60,255 bases of DNA, filler included, from Nemertoderma westbladi (GCA_032718475.1; 3 parts of 3 records of this genome joined end to end with filler, not necessarily neighbours in it), one strand, 5' to 3'; positions 23,701-36,285 are shown, counted from the whole stretch's first letter. Translations and numbers: made by a program. The notes: generated from the sequence alone by a model not told the origin.

Positions 23701-24894
23701 AGAACACAACTAATCGCCACCCTATGGAATATAGAGGGGTTGAATAATGTTCTACGACTGTCTCATAACGATTCCGTTTTCAACAGCGATATCTTAATGA
23801 TGAATGAAACTCTGGCTACCGACTCGGTTAGCATTCCGGGGTTCTACATATACGAATTGCTAGCGGTTAAGCCGGGTGGCCGGGGTAGACCATCGGGCTG
23901 TATTGTAATCGCAGTAAAGCCACACTTGAACCCTAAATTACTGGCTACACATAAATCATTCATAGTTGTCTCTACAGACCAAGCCATTTGGATATGCTGC
24001 TACTTCCCACCGAGCACAGCATTGGAAGACTTTATCGAGGAAGTTCTTTGCGTGATGGATGAAATATCGCCCAACTATATCGGTCCGATCATAATGTGTG
24101 GCGACTTCAACGCACGACAGGATATCGATGGTGATAACAAAGCAACAGCCCTTAACGAAATCATGGAAGACGCAGGTTTATCGCTGCAGTCAAACACACT
24201 TGTGGCAACATACATCTGCCATAATGGCAGCAGCGTCATAGATTTAGTCTACTCCAACAAAACAGCCCGCGGCGCCACCTGTCTACCGAACGGTTTAAGG
24301 AAGCACATCCCGGTCAAAACAGTTTGGGACTTCGATATATTAGATAATACACCTCCAAATCGAGAACCAAATCGGAAACGAGAACTTAAAAGCGATGCTC
24401 TAGGAAACGACTGTCGCTTACACGAGGCAAATGCTCTCCTCCAGCAAAACAAAATTGATGAGGCTTATACAAGCCTATCAAGTGCCATCTTAGAGGCTGC
24501 GCCTCTAAAGAAGACAACAAATCGCCTTTCCAAACCGTGGTTTAACGCTCAATGCTACGCCAAACGGCGAGAAGTGCTAGCCCTGAATAACTCAGCAAAG
24601 ACTGACCCTTCCATTCGTCCCGCACTAAGCGTGGCCAGGCGGGAATATAAGAAGCTCCTTAACGATAAACTTAACGAGTTTACACTGCTATCCAAACAGA
24701 AACTCCTCGAAGTGGCTGAAAAACAACCATACAAATGGTGTAGAAATAATAAAGAGCAAGGGAGCTGTCCGGTAACATTAGAAGTATGGGAAAATCATTT
24801 CAGCAGGGTCCTACAACGCGATGATTTTGTAGAGCATTCATTAGAGCATTCGGAAGTCAATATAACAGTTTTCACTATAATACTAATAAGATGA
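23560..24894 (+). CDS. Non-LTR retrotransposon ORF2 N-terminus (APE endonuclease plus linker; RTE-X-like), RT absent
   Basis: LWNIEGL, MNET, GRGRPSG, CYFPP, GDFNAR, GSSVIDL, KPWFNAQC, WENHF; homology ends at ~24860. Confidence 0.85.
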   Translation: MGPPTSMGPPTSTGPPTSTGPPTSTGPPASTGPPTSTGPPTATGPPTRTQLIATLWNIEGLNNVLRLSHNDSVFNSDILMMNETLATDSVSIPGFYIYELLAVKPGGRGRPSGCIVIAVKPHLNPKLLATHKSFIVVSTDQAIWICCYFPPSTALEDFIEEVLCVMDEISPNYIGPIIMCGDFNARQDIDGDNKATALNEIMEDAGLSLQSNTLVATYICHNGSSVIDLVYSNKTARGATCLPNGLRKHIPVKTVWDFDILDNTPPNREPNRKRELKSDALGNDCRLHEANALLQQNKIDEAYTSLSSAILEAAPLKKTTNRLSKPWFNAQCYAKRREVLALNNSAKTDPSIRPALSVARREYKKLLNDKLNEFTLLSKQKLLEVAEKQPYKWCRNNKEQGSCPVTLEVWENHFSRVLQRDDFVEHSLEHSEVNITVFTIILIR

Positions 24895-25073
24895 GTTTAT
24901 TCATATGATAGAACAAGGGGGTATGGCAACATATCCATAAACTACATTTATCACTAAGTGGTAATTGTAAACTAAAACACCTATTGAATAGTTGTTTGAG
25001 ATCATATTTAGAAATCCAATTTAATCATGTATTACAATGGATCATAAAATTAAATTTCACAATTATTTGGACC

Positions 25074-25885
25074 TACTACTACTAGGTCGAGCAAACTCGG
25101 ACAGTGGAAATGAGATCCTTCCAGGCTTCTCGATTCTCCATCGTTGCTGCAATTTCGTTTCTCACAAGTTCAGTATCCCTTTCAAGCTGGTCTATATATG
25201 TTTTAGCTGGTCGTCCCCTGCTACGCGTAGCTTGAGTTGGTTGCTAGAAAAGTAAATCTGGTATGACATCATGTTTGCTTCTCCAGCAGTGCCTACTGAA
25301 TCTTAATTCATGGACGGTGGTTGATACAGGTGGTATAGTACCATAAAGCTCGGCGTTTGTCATGTGTTATCTCCAGCTAATGTTTATGGCTGCCCTTATT
25401 AGTCTTGTGTAACAACCATCAATTCGATGTTCAAGTGATTTCGTCAGTGTCCAGGTCTCACCCTGTATAAAAGTATACTTTCCACTGTGGGTCGAAAGAA
25501 CTTTAGCACTTCTTTTTTACTACTCTCTATCCTTGATCCAAGGTACTGGAAGTTGGCAACCTTCCTTAGTTGACTATTATCTATTGTTGTCAACTTTCCA
25601 TCAACATTAAAAGTCATGAATTTGGTCTTGGTAGCATTTATGTGACTGTAGTTGCCGGATATCTACTACTTCTGCGTTCTTGTAGTGTGAATCCCAGATC
25701 TTGACTCCTTTGTGGCCATCCTCATAGCGTAAACCAGCACGATTACAAATAGTAGTGGTGTTAATGTGTCACCTTGCAGTACGCCAGCCTGGATTGAGAA
25801 GAGCTCAGTTTCACCATCTGGTGAGAGTACCTGAACTTCTGTGTCACAATATAATAATCCAATGCCAGACACAATTACCTCTGGT
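25074..25885 (-). mobile_element. Decayed RTE family B copy with internal deletions
   Basis: Matches 7535-8540 in segments; near-perfect TSD AATTATTTG(G/A)ACC at 25061-25073 and 25886-25898. Confidence 0.88.
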
Positions 25886-27672
25886 AATTATTTGAACCAG
25901 AATTGTATAAATTAAGTCAACATAATACATAGGCCCCTTATCACATATTTAATATATTTAGTTTTAGGAGAAAGTCACCTTTATTTCACTTTGTAGCTGT
26001 TGGATGTAATGGAAGGGTGAGTGGGAAAAATTCTGGGAATAAGATAGCTGGGGTAAAGCCACTGTTTACAAGCACTGCTGATGCGAACGGGAGGTACAAT
26101 ATTGGAGGAGATTGTATAGCATACAGGTATGATATTGTTGTTAATTTATCTAAGTTAAGTTAATCAGATAAATAAATACTATATAGTGAGAGTGGTAAAT
26201 ATGTGTGTTAAGAGATCATAGGGATAACATCCTATTTACAAACAACATACTGTATAGATTAAGTTATACAATATTTTACCATTTTGGAATTCGCATACTA
26301 TGCACAGATCTATGCAGCAAATATTGAGGTGGATTACAAAAATATGCTCGGAAGTTGCTTCATGTGGAGCTGGAGTGTTTTGTATTGTAGGACAATTAGG
26401 ACATTGCCCAACCCAGCTCTCCGGATAGTGCCGATGGTACAAGAACTGGGTGAAGGAAGGTGAAATATCCTATGCTCTGAAAAAAAGTATGGCTAACACT
26501 GATTTGGGGGCAGTTTTGTTTCAAGTGTGCAGGCCTTGCACCTAACGCCGGGGTTATGTTATGTTATTACTCGAACCATTAATTTTTTGTAAGGTAGTAA
26601 GTAGTATATTGATTTATGCTCTTGTCATTTTTTTTGACAAACTAACTGACGACAGTCTGATTGAAACATTTTTACCCCATAGTTATAATTTTGTTTCGGT
26701 TGTAAGACTTCTTAATTTGTTTACAGATATATCTGACAGACAGATAGACATACAATGTAGATTTTATCAAAGATGAAAAATCATACCAAAAATTAATTTA
26801 TTGAAGTGGAAAAACTCCTTAGTGAAAACTTCAGTTTGGTTGTATTCTATTATATTAAACATAGCTTAAGTAGGTTTATATTTATATTAATATATAATAA
26901 TATAATATATTAATAATATATTTTTTTTATTAATACTTTTTAAAGCATGGGATGTTTGTTATCTCTACAAATATTACTAACAATTTTCATGTCACTTTTG
27001 TGTTGCTAATCTACATTGTAAAAACTAAAATCGACATCTAGCTTTCGAAATCATACAGTTAATGGAACTCAAATATGCTGCTCACTTGCAATCACTTACT
27101 AAAACAATACACCACACAAAAGGAATAGGGCTTAAAGACACCAGGTTCGGGTAAGGGTTTAACACGCTAGTGCTAGGCTTTTAACAAACAAGTGTTAGGG
27201 TATTAACATTTTTTCAAGGTCCTGATATGAAACTAATTATGTTTTAGATCATCCGAGATTCAAGTGAATGGGAATTGTTGCCAAAAAGTTTCTGGAACTC
27301 TGTCCTGCCATGCAAAGGTTTCTTCACCCTCACCAACGGAAGCAACAATCTCTTGTGACCCACCATTCAAAGCGACAAGGTGAGTCATGCCCACAACACA
27401 GGTGCGGTGGTTGTATCATCATGGCTTCTTTTTCGAGGAAGTAGCTGTAAAGCAAATTTAATAATAATAAGTGAATTGTTTATTGAAGTTTATTAAATAA
27501 CAGCCTGGGCCAGGCATACGGGGTTACAGTGGTTTCTACAAACACTTTATAATAGTTATTCTTTGAGGCATGGTTGCCAATTCTAGCAGAGCACGGGAAT
27601 AACGAAGTTGTACTTTCCTTTGAGTGATGAGTTGGCCTAAATATGATTTCCCACTCCATAGCGAAATATTCA

Positions 27673-27762
27673 TCCGGTCTGGTAGCTCAGTACACTCACC
27701 CGGCTGATGATAACTAGAAGTTTGAAACCTAGGTACTGGGTTCGAGCCCCAATAGGGTCGGT
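27673..27762 (+). mobile_element. tRNA-derived SINE head or pseudo-tRNA
   Basis: A box TAGCTCAGT and B box GGTTCGAGCC; no clean cloverleaf. Confidence 0.55.
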
Positions 27763-28099
27763 TGATATTTTACGCTATGGAGAGCATTATCATATTGTAT
27801 TATTTACATTGTATATTTAATTGTAAAGAAAATTTGAATGCCACAGTATGGCTAATAAAAAAGTCGCCGTTAGAGTATATTATAGTTTAATATTTTGTTG
27901 CAGTAGCATGCGAACTGAGAGAGGTTATGAATTCTAAAAAAATGTAACATGAGATATGTTTTGCAGCGTACGAGGGTGGGGGTTTAGTGTAGAGATTTAC
28001 AATCTCCCATTCTTTAGAAACCAAGCACTTAATATATAATACATTATCAAAGTACCAGTATAACTTACGTTCAGAGTTCAAATAATAATTTACAATTTA

Positions 28100-29520
28100 A
28101 TCATTGCCCACTTTCTTTGGCCTCAGCGATTTCTGGAATTTGACGATTTCTATGGTAGGAAATGATATGTTTTGCTTGCTTAAATTTACGTTCACTTGCT
28201 GCACTATGCAGTGGATGACATAAGTAATGCCATATTAGATGAATTGAATGGTTGTTTAAGCTCAGCAAAGTAGCAGTCCATTGACAATGTAGCCACATCG
28301 ATGGATCAGATAACTATGATGTAGTTGATTGACAAGTGGATTACATGACAGCCATGCTGTCAAGTTCATATATACATAAATTATTTAATTTTATATCAGT
28401 GTTATTTCCCCTTGGCTTTCCTCACCCTCACTCCATGTTTCTGTTATTATTTCACTAATGAGTAAATCTTGAAGCCGTTTGTGGGCAGCCATATGAGTAT
28501 TATCTGAAGAAAGGTATCTGCTTGATTTAAACCTTGCATTGGACAAAGTAGCAATAATAAATACTTTGTGATCGTCAAAATTTATATATTGACTAGATTG
28601 AGAGTCCTTTCTTCCGAAATATCTCTCAATCTAACATTTCCAATTTCGTGGACTGCATGCCAGTGGTCTCAATAGCTCCAATTTTACATCGAAGGATATT
28701 AGCAAATGGAATAACCTCGGAAATACAAGCGATCTTTGGATGCAAACCTTATCAACCATTTGCATCAAATCACAAATTCCATATAATAAAGCCCAATCGT
28801 TGCTATTTAAGTTATCTAGGGGAGCTAATGGGCCACTTGACTCCTCAATATTCGCGATAGCTAGTTCTAAAACTGGATGTAATTGCCTCAATTGGCAAAT
28901 CATATAAACCTGTTTGCCGTTTTATCAATAAAAGTTCCTCCTTCTGCAGCCCAATAAATGCCTCTGCTAAGGCCTAAGTTTACCTTTGAATGTAAAGTTA
29001 TGAACAATATTATTAGCTTTAGCAAGCATATAAGTAACAAACCATTGGGTGCCTATTGAAATCACAATAAATAATTATTGTAAAATGCAAAAAACAATTA
29101 GCCACATGAATTCCATTATCTCATTGCCCAGTAACCATCTTTATATCAGAGTCATGTAATGCAACATGAAGTTTATTATTATCTAAACCAAATTCATATA
29201 GTTCCAAATCTGATGATAATAAACCTGGACTAGCTGCGCTTGTTTGTATACATTTGTTCATAAGTTGAATTTGAATCATCATTAACACTTAGGTTAACAG
29301 ATTCAGACGATTCTAGAAAATAAGTAGAGGAAACTTATTTCGCTTTTCCATTTGATTTCAATTTAGTGACAGCATAATGCAGCCGGCAATATGCTTTGAG
29401 TCCGCTCCTGCAGAAGACAAATGCTTTTTCAGACCACTAGTCAACCCCATTTGCATGCATATTGGCTACCCACATTGGATAGTTCTTTTTACAGAACACA
29501 AGGCACAATAGAACACACTA
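28100..29520 (-). pseudogene. hAT transposase relic
   Basis: Dimerisation motif SAASERKF...RNRQIPEIAE (28101-28298), LNSNDW..L helix (~28780), BED-like CALC...TSGLKKHL (~29420-29510). Confidence 0.7.
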
Positions 29521-30215
29521 GAATTCAACCCAAACAGAGGCGAATACAGCAGTAATTAAAACCAGCACCAAGAAATAGCACACTGGGAAAAGGACCGGCT
29601 AAATTCTTAAAACTGTAAGAAGTCAATTATAGAGAATAATTCAATGACGGTATTTCACACCCTTTCAAATAAATTACTTCATGTTATCCTGTAACCATAG
29701 ATAATTTTTTTCCTCCTGTCACACCAGTACAGTCCAGTACTGGCACGGGTGATATGTAATGTATATGGCACCGGCAGTACGGTAATAATAGTCACCAGAA
29801 AAAGAAAACCATTAACATTAGAGAGACTGTCTGCTTACAGAACTGATACGCCTACAACTACACTGAAAAAATGGAACTCAGCTTATTCTTAAAAACAGCA
29901 CTGTTTCTCAACAATAACCACAGTTTAATCTCGTGACTTATTGAGCTGAGGTTATATTGAGAAAACAGCGCTTATTTATGAATAATAAAGTACAGCTTAT
30001 TAACAAATTACAAACTGTGATTAATTAAAAAAAACACTGCTTTTTCTTAAAATAAATCATAGGTTATTTCATATTGATTATTGACAGTCAGGAATATAAA
30101 CCGAACGGATGAAGTGGTAGGCATTCACCAGCGGCAGCATAGTGTAAAGATGATAGAAAAAATAATAAAGTATTGAGGGTCTTTAGCTGGTTATATTATA
30201 TTAGATAAAGATACA

Positions 30216-30255
30216 ATAGTAAACGTTTTCGACCTACCGGTCTGCATCAGACTAT
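30216..30255 (-). ncRNA. Minimal hammerhead ribozyme (variant core) in Penelope pLTR
   Basis: Minus strand ATAGT-CTGATGCA-GACC-GGTA-GGTC-GAAA-ACGTTT-ACTAT: 5-bp stem I, 4-bp stem II, palindromic stem III. Confidence 0.7.
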
Positions 30256-30361
30256 GTACTGGCAACTAACAGGAAAAGGTGGGGGTCTATATATATATAT
30301 ATAAGTTTTAAAGGGGAATACCTGATAGGTGAATCCCAGGAAGGTTAACGTGTATGTATGT

Positions 30362-30858
30362 GGGGCGAGCCACGAAGTTGGCGGAGCCTTAGCGAATTGA
30401 CACTGTTAGGGGGTGGGTCAATTTATGCAAATAGTTGTCGTCGTCGTCGTCGTTGTCGTCGTCGTCGTCGTTACGATTTTGACATGCTAATAACTTTGTC
30501 GGATTTAAAGCTGCCAAGTTGAAAATTTGTAGGTATCAATATGAGCAAAAGTTGAGATTTTTGAGAGACTTTCAGACACCATCAGTGCAATGGTCTCCCG
30601 CTAGAGGGCCACATGTCTAAACATTAAATGCCCTCCCATTTCTTTGCTTTTAATCCGTTTAAGCTGAAACTTGGCAGATATGTATTAGACCATTAGATGT
30701 GACTTTCAAAGGAGGCGAATCCATCTGCAGTTCTCCAGTCTGCCGCTAGAGGGCCAACGTGACTATTTGCATAAATTGACCTACCCCCTAACAGTGTCAA
30801 TTCGCTAAGGCTCTGCCAACTTCATGCTGCGCGAAGTCCCCACTTCGTGTACTGTATA
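30362..30858 (+). mobile_element. Non-autonomous element with GTGGGGCGAGCCACG left end, internal inverted repeat and (GTC)n
   Basis: About 60-bp inverted repeat 30374-30434 / 30762-30822; ATGT at both junctions; related ends at 35549 and 49987-51648. Confidence 0.7.
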
Positions 30859-32589
30859 ATGTAAGGTAATTGTGATAGGGAAAGTACACCGAGTTAGTTG
30901 TAAGCTGTCAATCTAAAGTACAAATATAGGGTTGCAGGTTGGGTTATAAGGTTGGGAGAAGTTGATAGGGAAATCCCAGGAGTGGTCATGTGTCTACATA
31001 CTGAATGGTATAATTGGATTAGGTAGGTTACATACATAGGATTATGAGGTATCTACTTAAAGCGCATGGTTAGGTAGAATGCAACATAATGATAGCTGTA
31101 ATTTTTACAGAGTAAGAAAACACAAGAAACAGAAAAACCAAGACAAAAACAAAAAGGAAGGTAGGGGAAAAGCACATAGAGACCGGAAATTCGCTATAGA
31201 GGGCACTGTAGTTGTGTAAGATATAGAATATAGGGTGTATTATATAAAACGTTGGGTTTAGATTGCTGGTCTAGCTACGTTAAGTGGGGGGTTGTATGTA
31301 TAGATTAGGTTAGCTTCCGTCGCTAGTAGTTCGGGTATGTTTGTGAATTGTTTTTTGGTTGCGGTGCGTAGATTTTCTAAACCACAACCGTATATGTGCC
31401 TAGCTAGGAGTATGTCTTCGTGTGTTTTTCCGTCATTAGCTCGTGAGGTGTAGTGTCGTATGTTGTTGCGGTGTCCATTAAAGCGTTCGTGAAGTTTCTG
31501 TCTCGTTTGGCCTATGTAGTATAGAGTAGGGTGGCAGTGGCACCAGGCCAAGTAACATACAGTGTGGGACTTACATGTATAGTGTCCTTTAATCTTTTCA
31601 CCCCATGGTGTCTGTTGTATGTTAGTGATAGTTTTGCATGTAAGGCAGCGGCTAGAGTTACATGGCTCATTAGTGGTGTTATTTGTGTGTGTTTGCGATT
31701 GAGTTTTATTTTTGGTTAGTATTTGTCCTAGTGATGTGGGGGTTCTTCGTGACTACATTAATGTTGATGTCGAGATCGTAGTTTTTGGAGTATCTACGTA
31801 CAGTATTTTGGAATATGTCCTTCATCTGTTGGTTAGTGGATAGGTAAAATGTGGGTTTCGAGTTAGTGTCTTTAGGTCTAGTTTGGGGAGTCCAATGTCT
31901 AAGTTTGTTATAAGGAGGTTCTGGGGGTACTGCCTAAGTAGACATTCGCCAAGGAATTCGTCTCTGAGTTTGGTATAGTCGTTAGGCTCGCTACATCTGC
32001 AGTGGATGCGTAGGAGTTGGCTACGAATTACGGATAGTAGTAATTTCTTATCATGGAAGCTATTGCAGTGAATCGGGAGTTTATTGCTAGTTGGTTTTTT
32101 GTATAATGTAGTTGTTAGTGTTTCGTTGTTAATCCGTGTCAAGACGTCAAGGAATGGGAGTGATGTGTATTCAGTATTCAATGGTGAATTGTATATCAGA
32201 GTTTTGGAATAAGTCGTTACAAGAGGAGTTAGTGATTTTCTGTATGTTGTGAATGTCCTGTTCACTTGATATACGTTGTACTATACCATAGCTGTCGTCA
32301 ACAAACCGTTTGTAGAATGGAATAGGGTAAGTTGTATTATCGTCTGGGGGGGTTATGTTTGGATCCGAGGTTGAGGTAGTTTCGTTAGTTATGGTTATAT
32401 TAGGATCTGAGATAGATAGGATAGTTTCTGGAATATTGATGTTGGAATCAGGTGTAAGGTTAGATATTGGGGTCGTTATTATTGGATCTGAGAAAACGGG
32501 GTTAGGTGTAGTGTTTGGTGCTAGTTTAGTTTTATAAGTTACTGAGGTAGTTATATTATTATAGACTGGGGTGGAAGGGGTAGGTTCCG

Positions 32590-33335
32590 GGGTGGTTATA
32601 TTAGTTCCAAGGGCAGTTATGTTAGTTTTGTTAGTTTCAGGGGTATTTATGTTAGTTCCATGGGTACTTATGGTAGTTTCAGGGGTAGTTATGTTAGTTT
32701 CGTTAGTATCAGGGGTAGTTATGTTAGTTTCGTGGGTACTTATGGTAGTTTCAGGGGTAGTTATGTTAGTTTCGTTAGTATCAGGGGTAGTTATGTTAGT
32801 TTCGTGGGTACTTATGGTAGTTTCAGGGGTAGTTATGTTAGTTTCGTTAGTTTCAGGGGTAGTTATGTTAGTTTCGTTAGTTTCAGGGGTAGTTATGTTA
32901 GTTTCATGGGTACTTATGGTAGTTTCAGGGGTAGTTATGTTAGTTTCGTTAGTTTCAGGGGTAGTTATGTTAGTTTCATGGGTTCTTATGGTAGTTTCAG
33001 GGGTAGTTATGTTAGTTCCAGGGGTAGTTCTGTTAGTTCCAGGGGTAGTTATGTTAGTTCCAGGGGTAGTTATGTTAGTTTCAGGGGTAGTTATGTTAGT
33101 TTCGTTAGTTTCAGGGGTAGTTATGTTAGTTTCGTGGGTACTTATGGTAGTTTCAGGGATAGTTATGTTAGTTTTAGGGGTAGTTATGTTAGTTGCAGGG
33201 GTAGTTATGTTAATATCAGGAGTAGTTATGTTAGTTTCATGGGTAGTTAGGGTCGTTTGGGGGTAGTTATGTTAGTTTCAGGGGTGGTTATATTAGTTAC
33301 ATGGGTAGTTATGGTAGTTCTGTGAGTTTCAGGGG
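32590..33335 (-). repeat. 21/9-nt tandem repeat encoding (ETNITTP)n inside Penelope RT
   Basis: GTTTCAGGGGTAGTTATGTTA units; lengths are multiples of 3. Confidence 0.92.
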
Positions 33336-34544
33336 TGTTTTTGATAGATTTTAGGGGAGTTATACTAGGATTATATCTGGTCTTGTTAATAGTGTTGGGA
33401 TCAGTGGTTGTTGAGCTCGGGTTGGTAGGGGTGGTTAGATCCAGATCGGGTGTGTTAGTATCCAGGTTAGTTGTGTTAGGGAGTCTGTTTGATACACTCG
33501 CGTTTAGGTAGTTATTAATGGGGTTGTTCAGGATGTGGAGGAAGTGTATCTCTAATCTAGATATGGTTAGGCTAGCGTAGTTTTTCGAGAAACTGCTACC
33601 CATGGCTGCGCCTCGTAATTTAAACGTAGGAATATAAACTGTGATTTTAAAAACAATTAAGCAGAGGTTAAAAAATAAAATATGTGCTTATAAGGAATAC
33701 TCAGGGGCAGTAAATGGTGCTTATTTTCAAGATATCAATGCTTTTCCTTATAAAAACAGAGTTTATTTATATCTTGATTATGACAAGCCAGGAATATAAA
33801 CTGTGCTTTTTTTGCAAGCAGATACCACCCTCCCTGCATCCCAGATATATTCCGCCACATTTATTTATCCACATAGTTATGATGGCAGGATGGGTAAGGG
33901 ACAATAAACTAAAACATTTAACATATTATCTTATATCATACCGGTATATTACAGTATTATAGTTACCGGTAATATATATTATCAATACAACATGAATATT
34001 GACACATTCCATCTCATTCTCCAACTTTAACAATCCTTTCAGTTGGGGTCCTGCGAATTTAGAATTTTTATTGAATTCGAAATTAGATGTCGAATTTGAT
34101 AAAATTCTAAAAGAAACGATTTCGAATAAACAAAGGCCTACCTACAGGCCTAAGGTAATGAAGTCAAACGTGGCATTTTCGAATGCCCATTTTCATATCA
34201 CATAATTCGAAACGAAATTCAGATTTTTTACAGATTTGGATTCCTCATATAACGTCGAAAGTGCCCTTTTCCATTGATAAAAATCATGAAAATGGAGAAG
34301 AATAATACCTAAAAATTCAAATTCGAAAAAAGTTCAAGGTTCACAGGGCCAGTTCAACTATCATTAAAAAACTTCACTAATAATATATGAATTCACAGCT
34401 GGCCAGTCCAACTATCATTATATAAACTCCAACTCTACTACAGTACTACTGTAATAATATAATGTTCATTCCTCTAATCTTCTGTAATCGGTACCAGTAT
34501 GCTACTCGAAAGGACCTTATCAGAACAAATTACCGGTATTTCAT

Positions 34545-34780
34545 ATTCGTCAGCGATAGCTTCTGTTCCACGAATAAAGGCATTGGAACTTGTAGGCTTT
34601 GGGTGTGAGAGCTTTAAATTATCAATGTATGGGACAATGTAGTCGGAGGTATGTTTAATCCATGCGTAATTGTTTGAGCCGAAAAAATAGGCCTACCCAT
34701 TTAAAATAATCTTCGTCATTTCTTGGCTTTGGAGCAGCTACCCCCTCCGGAGGTACCTCAATTCGTGCAGGCCAGCGGTA
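34545..34780 (-). pseudogene. PWWP-domain coding relic
   Basis: YRWPARIEVPPEG...KWV[+GGCC]YFFGSNNYAWIK...IVPY; one 4-bp insertion breaks the frame. Confidence 0.7.
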
Positions 34781-36285
34781 CCGGTTCGGCCAAAACCGGC
34801 ACCTACCGGTACCGGTCAGCCGGTCGATTCCTAATCAGGATCAGGCACAGCCGGCAGACTGCAGGACTGGAGCCAATCCTTCAACTGTTCAATCAGTGAT
34901 CAGTTCATATCAAATAGGAACGAACAAACTTGGGGAAGTGAGGTTAGGCCTAAGAGTCAGTTACAGCCATGGCAGCATGGTCGGTATGGTCAGACGGTAC
35001 CAAACGCTGCAACGGCTGAACGGTACCGGTACTGGTAGGCTACAACCTGACAATGCCTTCAGCCATGTGTACTGCTGGCAGTAGAAATACTGAAATACAG
35101 TTCACTTTTTCACAACTTTTAATCGTTTCTGTTGTAAAGCCAGTACAATATTAAGGCTGTAAGGCCTGAAAGGTAGAGTAAATAGCCAGATAGCCTACAG
35201 GCTTACAGGACAGCTGTAGTACAGGCAAAGAAATGAAGCAATGCACCATTTGTCATCAACTGATTATATACTCATACAGTATACACTATAGTACTATAAT
35301 AATTATGACACATGTAGTTTGTTGGCACCATCCACACAATCAAGAATTTCAAACATATGTCTTAAATATGTCTATATTATTAATAATATTTAGATTGTTT
35401 CACGCATTTGGAATAAATTTTTCCTTTTTTAATTTACATAAAGTTAAATTAATTTCATAATCTGAAACGCCCACCAAGTCAGACAGCCAATTCACATTAT
35501 TCAGTTATTTGTTAATAGTCCGACAGATATGATATTGTGAAGATGTATAGGGAGCGAGCCACAAAGTTGGCGGAAACACTGTATTTGGCAGCATTATCGT
35601 TGGTATCGTTAAATTTTAACATGTTAATGTTAATTGGATTTAAAAACTGTCAACTTATAAATTTGTAGGCATCAATTGGACTAAAAACTGATGATCGGCC
35701 TGCAGTTATCATGTCTACTGCTAAATGGCGAAATGTCCGATTGGAAACATTCTCCCATTTCCATGTTTACCGTTCGGACTGAAACTTGGCATAAATGTAC
35801 ATAAAGGACCTCATCTGTAATTCTTTAGTATGCCGCTAGAAGGCGTAATGTCTGAAACTAAACCCACCACTTAGAATTATTATTTTTACAAATTAATAAT
35901 AAAAATGACATTTTAAAAACCGACTGACCATTACACGGTTATTTAAATGTAAGAAACAAAGATTAATAAAATTAAACACAGTTTTCTTCGGATATCTCAG
36001 AGAATATGAATCAAGTTGTGGTTTTTATATAAGAACTGTTTGTATTATATTTAAAAGCGCAGCTTATTTATTTTCATTTGATTGGGTAATAAATAAGCGC
36101 AGTTTGTTATTTTAATGGTTCCCGAAACTGTGGTTATGTCAAGTATAACCGGTGTTTAATTTTATAACCTACGTTTTAAACCTAAGGTTAAATTTATAAC
36201 CTCTGTTGCGTTTTTTCAGTGTAGGTACAATCTAAGATATATGTATTTCCTATGCGATATGGCAGTACAGGCTGATCAGTGATCA

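Larger units (their letters stand above)
30102..33627 (-). mobile_element. Second Penelope-like element, 5'-truncated, 12-bp TSD
   Basis: TSD AGGAATATAAAC at 30090-30101 and 33628-33639; GAAMGSSFS, YKRFVDD, LPFLDV, LYKKPT, YYIGQT..LHERFNGH (GIY-YIG); frameshifted. Confidence 0.85.
29861..36221. mobile_element. Non-autonomous CACTG-ended (EnSpm/CACTA-like) element hosting nested inserts
   Basis: CACTGAAAAAA at 29861 and TTTTTTCAGTG ending at 36221, both flanked by TA; degenerate subterminal repeats at 29880-30100, 33630-33810 and 35950-36200. Confidence 0.55.

Noticed and set aside
26236-26442. CPNC...EH motif resembling a LINE C-terminal zinc finger
   Set aside because: Too short and degenerate, with no adjacent RT
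27673-27762. Functional tRNA gene
   Set aside because: A and B boxes are present but no consistent cloverleaf; treated as a SINE head
32571-33266. Hydrophobic VVMLVSG and GSYVSF ORFs on the plus strand
   Set aside because: Antisense readings of the tandem repeat inside the minus-strand Penelope
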